Assembly (NCBI RefSeq): GCF_016743235.1
Contig: NZ_VRZD01000005.1
Location: 175,622 to 239,621, forward strand
Reading direction: 5' to 3'
DNA length: 64,000 bases
Source: Pantanalinema sp. GBBB05
Lineage (GTDB): Bacteria > Cyanobacteriota > Cyanobacteriia > Leptolyngbyales > Leptolyngbyaceae
In this document: piece after piece, positions 28,670 through 36,562 of the stretch
How positions within the stretch are numbered: position 1 is the first letter of the stretch
Layout of the letters: each line of letters begins with the position of its first letter
The notes under the pieces: generated by a model
The model's database searches: none
What the model was told of the DNA's origin: nothing
The model's input: the letters and a program-made list of their open reading frames with translations, nothing else
Program-made: the position numbers and the translations under genes

Positions 28670-29227
28670 TTAAGACTCATACCATCTCAGCCCATCCGGC
28701 AACTTTGCTGAACAATACTCAAGATGCAGCACCCGCCGATGCCCTGGATCTATAGCGGCTGAAGATGAATGCAGTAATAATGGACGCATGATCATCGCTC
28801 CACCCCTCTCTATTCTGCATGTTACGCTATTTCTCTTTGCTTTCCAAGCTTGCATCTCTTCAGCCAACAAACGCCCTGCCTTGTGTGAGCCAGGAATGAC
28901 TTGCAAGGCGCCATTTAACTCACCTGTATCATCCAAATGGATTCTGATGGTCAGCATGTTCTCCAAGATGGCGATCGGTGGCTGCACATGGACGATACCT
29001 GCTTTCACCGACCAGGGATGATAACCCTCCACCTCAATCCGCTCACGAACAGCGATAGTTAGATCCTGATGCCATGCTACTTTCCAATTTGCTGCCGCTG
29101 TCTTGTCGAAGAAGATGCCACGTACAACTCGCGCTTCCCCGCCAAGAATAGGCTCGATTAAAAGGCGTATATTAGACCAAGCTCGAAATCTATTTAATGA
29201 TTTGTAAATTACGGCGTACGTTTCCAA
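28670..29227 (-). CDS. Phytanoyl-CoA dioxygenase (PhyH)-like protein, apparently N-terminally short
   Basis: WHQDLTIA (HxD) and GALQVIPGSHK motifs typical of PhyH-family 2OG oxygenases. The HxD lies only about 50 aa from the start, so the gene may be truncated or its start mis-assigned. Confidence 0.55.
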   Translation of the reverse strand: METYAVIYKSLNRFRAWSNIRLLIEPILGGEARVVRGIFFDKTAAANWKVAWHQDLTIAVRERIEVEGYHPWSVKAGIVHVQPPIAILENMLTIRIHLDDTGELNGALQVIPGSHKAGRLLAEEMQAWKAKRNSVTCRIERGGAMIMRPLLLHSSSAAIDPGHRRVLHLEYCSAKLPDGLRWYES

Positions 29228-29757
29228 CTCTTACCACCGTCAGAACTAGTAAATAAGTCCGGCGGTTCGGTGTGAATATACGCATAGCTCTCCCAAGCGT
29301 GAAGTACTAGACTATCCCCTGAAAGAGAAAAACGTTGGTCCATGTAATTTTTTGGTTCAGGTAGTTTTTTAGAGAGTTGAATAGGATCTACAAAAACTTT
29401 ACCTCCGTCAGAACTGTAAAACTCATTTCCGATTAAGACCTGTTGACCCATTTGCTGTAGTTCTTTACATCTTCCTTCGCACTCTCCACCTCCGTTTCCT
29501 TTACTTTCAGCAAGAGTTACAGGCAATCCTCCCGCAAAACTCATCCTTACAAGGCGTAAATCACACGCCCAATGGTAGTCTATCCATCCTGCTTGGTAAG
29601 GTCCACTTCGTACTACTCGTAGGTGAGTACCCGATGATAACTTGTAGTCACAGTGACTATTCAATGCTCCACTTGCAAAGGTTATACTAACCCCGTAGCA
29701 CAGAATCACTAGGAAAGTAAATAAAGCAAAACGCTTCCGAACACGCATTGCACTCAT
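29209..29757 (-). CDS. Secreted protein with two BNR/Asp-box repeats
   Basis: Signal-peptide-like N-terminus; two S-x-D-G-G-K-x-(F/W) Asp-box-like repeats (YSSDGGKVFV, TSSDGGKSWK). Confidence 0.5.
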   Translation of the reverse strand: MSAMRVRKRFALFTFLVILCYGVSITFASGALNSHCDYKLSSGTHLRVVRSGPYQAGWIDYHWACDLRLVRMSFAGGLPVTLAESKGNGGGECEGRCKELQQMGQQVLIGNEFYSSDGGKVFVDPIQLSKKLPEPKNYMDQRFSLSGDSLVLHAWESYAYIHTEPPDLFTSSDGGKSWKRTP

Positions 29758-29978
29758 ATAATTCCTTACCCACCTACAAGTAGTAGTCTAACGATCGCAC
29801 TCACCGAACTCAGACACCTCTGATTAGACCATCATATTCAAAGTTCGATGCATTGCGGTTATTATGGCTGTCCGCTGCATGGGATTGGTTAGGCAACAAT
29901 GCAAGTACCACTGTACTGTCAGTTCGACCGTAAAAGCTGATGACGGCAGCGTAGTTTAAGGCAACTGGTCTCAAGGAG

Positions 29979-30512
29979 ATGCCTGTGAATAGAGTTGCAG
30001 TATTTGGTAATGCTGGCGGCGGGAAGTCTACACTCAGCAACCGTTTAGCCAAAATAACTGGGTTGCCGATCGTGGCTTTAGACCTGGTGAAGTATCAACC
30101 GGGCGGGGCAGAAGTGCCCTACGCAGAATATAAAGCGCTGCATGATCAACTCCTCCAGCAAGAGCAATGGATCATCGATGGCTATGGTTCATTAGATACG
30201 GTATGGGAACGACTGGAGATGGCAGACACTTTAATTTATTTAGATATGCCAGTGCTCCAACACTATTGGTGGGTAACGAAGCGCTTCTTTAGAGGCTTCC
30301 TAGTGCCCCCAGACAATTGGCCCGAAAATAGCCCACTCTTGAAGAGTACGCTGCTCAGTTATTACACGGTTTGGTTGTGCCATCAAAAGCTCACACCAAA
30401 ATATCGAGAGTATGTGCATCAAGCGCAGGCAAACAAGCGAGTGTATCATCTTCGATCGCCACAACAGGTGCAAGAGTTCTACCAAATTGTTGAACTAGAA
30501 CTCGCAAAATAA
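29979..30512 (+). CDS. P-loop NTPase (adenylate-kinase-like, 'topology modulation protein' family)
   Basis: Walker A VFGNAGGGKSTL at the extreme N-terminus; 177 aa. Confidence 0.65.
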   Translation: MPVNRVAVFGNAGGGKSTLSNRLAKITGLPIVALDLVKYQPGGAEVPYAEYKALHDQLLQQEQWIIDGYGSLDTVWERLEMADTLIYLDMPVLQHYWWVTKRFFRGFLVPPDNWPENSPLLKSTLLSYYTVWLCHQKLTPKYREYVHQAQANKRVYHLRSPQQVQEFYQIVELELAK

Positions 30513-30594
30513 AGATGATTTGTAGGACTCAAACAGGATAAAAGAGCGATATACCGTCCTAAATCCCCACAAGGTTTATCTGTCAGATCAGATT

Positions 30595-30849
30595 TTGGGA
30601 AACTTTATGCAAATCACGATCGACTTACCGCCCGACCTTGAGCAAGACTTGATCCGTCAAGCAGCTCAGTCTAACCTTCCACTTCAAACCTTAATTTTGC
30701 AAGCCCTACGCCAGTTAATCCAATCAAAATCTGGTTCTTCTTGCCAGTGGTCGGAGGTGATTCTGTCCTATGAAGGAAGTCCTGACTTTCCGGCATTTGA
30801 GTCCTATCGGGATGAACTTCTACCGCCCCGTGAGCCGGAGCTATTTTGA
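30595..30849 (+). CDS. Small antitoxin-like protein (putative VapB-type partner)
   Basis: 84-aa ORF whose stop overlaps (ATGA-type, 4 nt) the start of a PIN-toxin-like reading frame. Confidence 0.4.
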   Translation: MGNFMQITIDLPPDLEQDLIRQAAQSNLPLQTLILQALRQLIQSKSGSSCQWSEVILSYEGSPDFPAFESYRDELLPPREPELF

Positions 30850-30895
30850 TGCGCTATCTGCTCGATACCTGCGTTATCAGCTTACGCACGAGGTA
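30848..30895 (+). pseudogene. Remnant of a PIN-domain (VapC-like) toxin gene, truncated after 15 codons
   Basis: Translates MRYLLDTCVISLRTR*, matching the canonical VapC N-terminus M-x-(Y/F)-LLDTNV(I/L)S, then terminates. Confidence 0.4.
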
Positions 30896-30990
30896 ATCTG
30901 CCGGATAAGATTGTGAGGAAAACCATATATTCCCAGCTAACAACCGCGTACACCAAATTGACTGAGATGCTTTTTACTATGTCCTGAGCA

Positions 30991-31314
30991 ATGAAATTCT
31001 TAGTTGATGCTGTTGATGGATCTGCAAGAATAGTGGGAAGAAACGGCAGCGAGAACATTCCTGTCGGTTCTACATTTACAAAGATCACGAAAACTCAAGT
31101 TGATAGTCAGATTCCTCAGCTAATATCTACTGATTTGGGTGTTGTTGCAAGGATTAAGTTGACCTTGAAGCAGGTTGAGTTCTATGGCAGAAGCATAGAT
31201 GTAGTTCCAGGTGGTCATTCAGCCGGTTTACTGGTTGATGGAGATGGTATGAGTATCCTGAATTCTGTACTAGAGAAGCGAGGACACAGAGAACATATTT
31301 TTATAGAAGTTTAG
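30991..31314 (+). CDS. Hypothetical protein
   Basis: 107-aa ORF, low-GC; no motif recognised. Confidence 0.35.
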   Translation: MKFLVDAVDGSARIVGRNGSENIPVGSTFTKITKTQVDSQIPQLISTDLGVVARIKLTLKQVEFYGRSIDVVPGGHSAGLLVDGDGMSILNSVLEKRGHREHIFIEV

Positions 31315-31413
31315 TCATTCAAGAGCATAAGCGCGCATGAATGAGCACACTCAGCGGTAATATCCAGCTAACCCTGCTTTGGAGCGTTGCTCATGGCTTA
31401 AACATCAGACGAT

Positions 31414-32859
31414 TTATTCTGTTTCCTGGTCAGCCTTGGGACGAGCAAATGCTTCCTGCGTTAAGTTCGATAGTCCAGCCAGAAAGCCCAAGAGCGGATT
31501 AAATAGCCCCTCTTGAGCATCAGAGGTAATAATCGTGGTGCGCTGTTCTTGGGGGGCGGGTAGATGTTGAGCAATCTGAGGTAATTGGGCGATCAACTGT
31601 GCCTGGATATGTCGATCGGACAGCTCATTCTCAATCTGACGTTGCTTGCGATCGAGATCAAGTTGGCGATCGCGCTGTACTATCTCTGCCTGATGCTGCA
31701 ATTCAGTCACTTCCAGTCTGGCAGACACTTCAGCCCGCGTTTTCTCAGCCTGAATAGCATCTAATTGAATTTGTTGCTGTACCTGCTCCATTTCGGCAGT
31801 GATACGTTGTTTTTCCAACTCCAACTCTTGCAGCACCAACTCTAATCGCGCCTGGTTCCGTGCCTGAGCCGTGCGGTTCTGTTCTGCCAAGATCTGACGC
31901 TCCGCTTCCTGTTCCACCTGATTGCGACGTAATTTTTCGGACTGTTCGCGATCGTAGGCAATGCGGGTTTGCTCTGCTTGAAGTTGGCTAATTTCACTCG
32001 CCACATTCAGTTCACCCCGCTCCCGACTGAAGCGATTCTCTAGCTCGCGAGCATTAATCTCCTGATCACTTTCCAATTGAGCCAGCCGCGCCAGTTTTTC
32101 CCGTTCTGCCCGAAACGGAGCCTGTAAGTTGTGCCATAACTGAGTGGAACTGACGATCGCTTCCTTAATCTGAACAGTAACGATTTTCAGCCCCAACCCC
32201 TCCGACTGGGTCTGGCTCCCCTCCTCTCCCCTACTACCCTCCGCTACAGTTTGCAGCCGATGGGTTAGTTCCTCAATAATCGGCTGTTTGTCACTTAACA
32301 CTTCATCAATGCTGAGAGTGGCCACTTTGTCTTTAATGGCGGCTTCCGCCTGCTCCCGCAATTGCAAGTTGACAATCCCCATCGGGTCTTCCAAATCAGA
32401 AAAGTCGAGTTTCCAGTACGCTGTTTCGATATCATCAATAATCCACTGCACATACGCTTGCACAACTAATCCCTGCCGTTCAATACAAATGCAGTTCGCA
32501 TTGATCAAAATCGTTTGTACAGCCGCCGGAATCACCAGAAATGCGTCAGTCAGCGGATTGAAGCGAAAGGAAATGCCTTTCCCCATGTGTAACGGGTTAC
32601 GATGGCCGCGACGGGTATGCACCGTGTAGACATTGGGTGGCACAATCACACTTTTCCAGATCCAGAATCCTGTGATGCGATAATCGATCGCTCGACTTGC
32701 CGGCGGCGATACGGCTCCCGCAGGTGCTTGGGCAGCGGGGGCACTGCGAGCCCGGTTACTGAGTTTACGATCGACTTCCGCCTTTTCTTGTAGGACTTGT
32801 TGCAGGTAAGTATTTTCTCCCGGTTGTTTACTCATGGCTATTTTTGTCAACTGAGACAA
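31414..32859 (-). CDS. Flotillin-like SPFH/band-7 domain protein with long coiled-coil
   Basis: SPFH-like N-terminal region followed by an extended Glu/Gln/Arg/Leu-rich coiled coil (...EAERQILAEQNRTAQARNQARLELVLQELELEKQRITAEMEQVQQQIQLDAIQAEKTRAE...). Confidence 0.75.
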   Translation of the reverse strand: MSQLTKIAMSKQPGENTYLQQVLQEKAEVDRKLSNRARSAPAAQAPAGAVSPPASRAIDYRITGFWIWKSVIVPPNVYTVHTRRGHRNPLHMGKGISFRFNPLTDAFLVIPAAVQTILINANCICIERQGLVVQAYVQWIIDDIETAYWKLDFSDLEDPMGIVNLQLREQAEAAIKDKVATLSIDEVLSDKQPIIEELTHRLQTVAEGSRGEEGSQTQSEGLGLKIVTVQIKEAIVSSTQLWHNLQAPFRAEREKLARLAQLESDQEINARELENRFSRERGELNVASEISQLQAEQTRIAYDREQSEKLRRNQVEQEAERQILAEQNRTAQARNQARLELVLQELELEKQRITAEMEQVQQQIQLDAIQAEKTRAEVSARLEVTELQHQAEIVQRDRQLDLDRKQRQIENELSDRHIQAQLIAQLPQIAQHLPAPQEQRTTIITSDAQEGLFNPLLGFLAGLSNLTQEAFARPKADQETE

Positions 32860-33053
32860 AAACTAGAGGACACCTCAATTAGTAGCCTATTGAGACGATA
32901 AACAACGGTTTTACAAACTTTTCTACACACGAGCGGAATAGCGAGCAAACCACATCAGCTCGACTTAGGTAGGAACTCAGGCATCTCCGCTGCGGCAGCA
33001 AGCCACAGTGCCCGATTCCGATAGCGGCGTGGCAGCATAGCAACCAATAGACC

Positions 33054-34745
33054 CTAAGTTGCCTGGTTGCCTGCCACCACCATTAAAATTGTCTCGATTA
33101 ACTTCGTTGGTTCCATTGGTTTTGGCAGATGCTCTTGAAACCCAGCGGCAAAGGCTTGTTGCTGATCAGCCGCACTTGCATAGGCGGTTAACGCGATCGC
33201 GGGAATTTGGCTGGTTTGGGTCACTTGCCGAATTTTCTGCATCAGCAGATAGCCATCCATTTCAGACATCCCAATATCACTAATCAAAACATCCGGTGTA
33301 GACCGTGACAGAGCATCGATCGCGGCAGCAGCTGATGGAACTGTAGTCACTGTAGCACCATACATTTCTAACGTAAAAGCAATCAACTCACGATTATCCG
33401 CATCATCTTCTACGACTAGGGCATGGATATTTTGTAGCCTGGTATGGATAGTTAAAGCCGGATCCGGCTGAGCCAGCTTGAGAGCACTGTCGGTCAGTGG
33501 CAACCTAACAGTAAAAGTAGCTCCATGTCCTTCACCCAGACTATCTGCCTGAATGCTACCACCATGCAAATCCACAATTTGTTTGGCGATCGCTAGCCCT
33601 AAGCCTAATCCACCAAAGATTCTAGTTGTCGTGCGATCTGCTTGGCGGAAGTGATCAAAGAGATGAGGCAGGAAATCAGCCGCGATTCCCTTACCAGTAT
33701 CCATCACCTGAAGTTGAGCCAAGCCATCCACATAATCCAGTTGAATGGTAATTTGACCAGCGTGAGGGGTGAATTTTATGGCATTTGAGAGCAAATTCCA
33801 AATGACTTGTTGAAGGCGATTAGCATCTCCTAAAATTTGTCGGGGTGTGTTATCTAACCGCGTTTTAATGTGTAGGGCTTTCAGTTTGGCTGAAGCTTCA
33901 ACGGTTTCTAGGGCTTCTTCAATAATGGGAATCAGGTGAACTGGTGCTGGAGTGAGAACTAGTTTATTTCTGAGAATCCGAGAAACATCCAGCAAATCAT
34001 CAATCATTCGAGTCTGCAACTTGGCATTGCGCTCGATCGCTTCTAAAGCCTGCCGTGTGGTGGTAGCATCAAGCTCACGCGAGAGCATCAACTTTGCCCA
34101 GCCTAAAATTGGATTTAATGGCGATCGCAGTTCATGGGAAAGCACGGCTAGAAATTGATCCTTCAGTTGGTTGGCTCTTTCTGCGGCTTCCCTAGCCGCT
34201 TGAGTTTCAATTCTCAGTTCCCGTTCCCGCCGCGTACTGAGAATTTTTTCCGTTGTTTCGTGAATGGCAATAAAGATACCACCAATCGTGCCTGACTCTT
34301 CCCAAACGGGTGTGTAGGAGAAAGTGAAATAGCATTCCTCCGGATAACCATTACGCTCTAAAACCAAAAGCTGATCTTCCGACCAGGAGGCAATTCCAGT
34401 GGTCATCACCTGATTGAGCAGAGGACCAGCAAAATCCCACACTTCTCGCCAACAATCCTCTCCCCGCTGTCCCAAAGCCGTAGGATGTTTGTCACCCGCG
34501 ATCGGAATGTAAGCATCGTTATAAAACTGGATATACTCCTTGCCCCACAAAATCTGCATCGGGAACTTAGAGGACAGCAAAATTTGCAGGATCAGCTGAA
34601 GACTGCACGACCAGGTGTCAATAGCCCCAATCGCGGTACTGGACCAGTCAAACGATTGGATGCGATCGCCCATTTCCCCGCCATTGGCAAAGAGATGTTT
34701 TAGAACCTTCTTGGCGATTCGGTCTGTTACTTGTTCTTTCATCAA
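33054..34745 (-). CDS. Hybrid sensor histidine kinase (PAS-like sensor + HisKA + HATPase_c + C-terminal REC receiver)
   Basis: H-box LAVLSHELRSPLNPILGWAKLM, HATPase boxes (NAIKFT, DTGKGIAADF, GGLGLGLAIAKQ), receiver domain with phosphoacceptor region ALVVEDDADNRELI...DVLISDIGMSEMDG. Confidence 0.85.
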   Translation of the reverse strand: MMKEQVTDRIAKKVLKHLFANGGEMGDRIQSFDWSSTAIGAIDTWSCSLQLILQILLSSKFPMQILWGKEYIQFYNDAYIPIAGDKHPTALGQRGEDCWREVWDFAGPLLNQVMTTGIASWSEDQLLVLERNGYPEECYFTFSYTPVWEESGTIGGIFIAIHETTEKILSTRRERELRIETQAAREAAERANQLKDQFLAVLSHELRSPLNPILGWAKLMLSRELDATTTRQALEAIERNAKLQTRMIDDLLDVSRILRNKLVLTPAPVHLIPIIEEALETVEASAKLKALHIKTRLDNTPRQILGDANRLQQVIWNLLSNAIKFTPHAGQITIQLDYVDGLAQLQVMDTGKGIAADFLPHLFDHFRQADRTTTRIFGGLGLGLAIAKQIVDLHGGSIQADSLGEGHGATFTVRLPLTDSALKLAQPDPALTIHTRLQNIHALVVEDDADNRELIAFTLEMYGATVTTVPSAAAAIDALSRSTPDVLISDIGMSEMDGYLLMQKIRQVTQTSQIPAIALTAYASAADQQQAFAAGFQEHLPKPMEPTKLIETILMVVAGNQAT

Positions 34746-35477
34746 ATCATGAGCAATAAATAGCCCGCAGGTTAGAGAAGCAGCTCAGCCACTAGAAAAC
34801 ATTATAAATCTCTTCTCAGGAGAATTCAATTTGCACTGTCATCTACCTGAAGGAGGAGATTTTTGTTCTAAGCACAATTTATTTCTATTGACGTCACTGT
34901 CTTGAGTCAAACTAGCTGGCAACCCTCCAGGTTGGCTAGGGATCTAGAACTGCCATATCAAACTGACCATGAATTTTTCAGGCAGCCTCTAAACAAGCAT
35001 CGCTATATCAATACAATTAGTTAAACCGTTGCTAAGTTTTAAATTTTATTGTGTGCAATTACAAAGACTAGCCAGCGCAATTCATTCTAATTTTATTTGT
35101 TTATAGGAATATGTTGATCAACAAAGTATTTATGCTCATTAAATGCTTAATTTCTAGAAAGTAATCTATACAGATGAGTTGTTGCCAACGGGCAATTAAT
35201 TGACTCGCCTTAAAGTAATCACAGGATACTAATTATTTCCTGGCTGTAGACTTACATAGAATTAAAACTGAGCTAGCTATCGCACCGGATGATCCAAATT
35301 CAACTCAATTCACTGAATAGTAAACAGAAGATCCGAAGGAATTGGACCCACATCAGGCTGGTTACGTGAGGTAGCAGCGTTAAACTCTGCAACCCAGTAA
35401 GTTTCATCTGAAGCGGCACTCCAGCCATTGATCAAATTGCGATTCACTGCACTTAAACCCAGGAGAAAATCTAATTT

Positions 35478-35876
35478 ATGTCAGATACAACGATCATTTT
35501 GGCGATCGCCGCCGGAGCCGTTCCTGGCGCCATCTCGCGCTATAAGATCACAGAATGGACCAAAGCCAAACTTGGCGCGAATTTTCCCCATGGCACATTC
35601 TGGATTAATGTGACCGGATGTTTGGCAATGGGGTTCTTTTTCACCCTCTCAACAGAGATTACAGGCTACCCCAAGGAACTGGATTTACTGATTAGAACTG
35701 GGTTTTTAGGCTCCTACACCACATTTTCTACTTACGGCTTCGATACGTTGACGCTCTGGCGCAGCAACCAACAGCCAGCGACCGTCTTTTACTGGGCAGG
35801 CAGTGCAATTTTGGGATTAGGTGCTGTGTTTTTGGGAGTCGCGATCGCAAAGCTATTGGTCAGTGCACCAGGTTGA
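35478..35876 (+). CDS. crcB: Fluoride ion channel CrcB/Fluc (paralog 1)
   Basis: About 130-aa 4-TM protein with Fluc hallmarks (GAISRY..., GTFWINVTGC, GFLGSYTTFSTY). Confidence 0.85.
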   Translation: MSDTTIILAIAAGAVPGAISRYKITEWTKAKLGANFPHGTFWINVTGCLAMGFFFTLSTEITGYPKELDLLIRTGFLGSYTTFSTYGFDTLTLWRSNQQPATVFYWAGSAILGLGAVFLGVAIAKLLVSAPG

Positions 35877-35914
35877 GAGTTTGACAAACCCAACTTAATC
35901 GAATCAACTATGAG

Positions 35915-36319
35915 GTGAAAGCAATGCAGTTCTTGGTAGGTCGTCCGGTTTTAGCTATCGCGATCGGAGCCACTTTTGGGGCGCTTAGTCGCTTTTATAT
36001 CACTGAATTTGCTAAATTAATCGTTGGTGAGAATTTTGGGTATTACGGCACATTTTTCATTAATATATCGGGTTGTTTTCTCATTGCGTATATCTTAACT
36101 CTAGCGATCGAAAATATTCGCCATATCTCGCCCGAACTTCGGCTCATGACCACAACGGGCTTTTGTGGCGCATATACAACCTTTTCTACCTATGGTCTAG
36201 AATCCAAAGAGTTCTCAGATCAAGGAGATATCACAACATTTTTAATTTACTGGCTCGGTAGTGCGGTGATTGGCATGATTGGTGTACAACTTGGTGTTTT
36301 CTTAGCCAGAACCAAGTAA
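35915..36319 (+). CDS. crcB: Fluoride ion channel CrcB/Fluc (paralog 2)
   Basis: Second Fluc paralog (GALSRFYI..., GTFFINISGC, GFCGAYTTFSTY) 39 nt downstream of the first. Confidence 0.85.
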   Translation: MKAMQFLVGRPVLAIAIGATFGALSRFYITEFAKLIVGENFGYYGTFFINISGCFLIAYILTLAIENIRHISPELRLMTTTGFCGAYTTFSTYGLESKEFSDQGDITTFLIYWLGSAVIGMIGVQLGVFLARTK

Positions 36320-36562
36320 ATATCGGGTCGCTAGAGAGAGAAGTGACTGATGACGCTACCGCTGTGAGCAAATCAGTGGTCAGCATAACCAGCCATCTGC
36401 CTCCCAGCACGATCAGGCATCCGGCTAGAGACTATCGTCGTCAGTTTGCCCAATCAACGTACCAGGTCACCTGTAGCAATCCTGATGGATTTATTACCCT
36501 AACATTGCGACTGACAAACTATAGTTGTTCGGGTACTTTCTACAAGCTACAAGTCAGCTTTG

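Noticed and set aside
35290-35477. Possible fluoride (crcB-motif) riboswitch upstream of the first crcB gene
   Set aside because: No recognisable GGCGATGG...AAAC...(hairpin)...CTAATGA pseudoknot core could be found by eye; the region is simply AT-rich.
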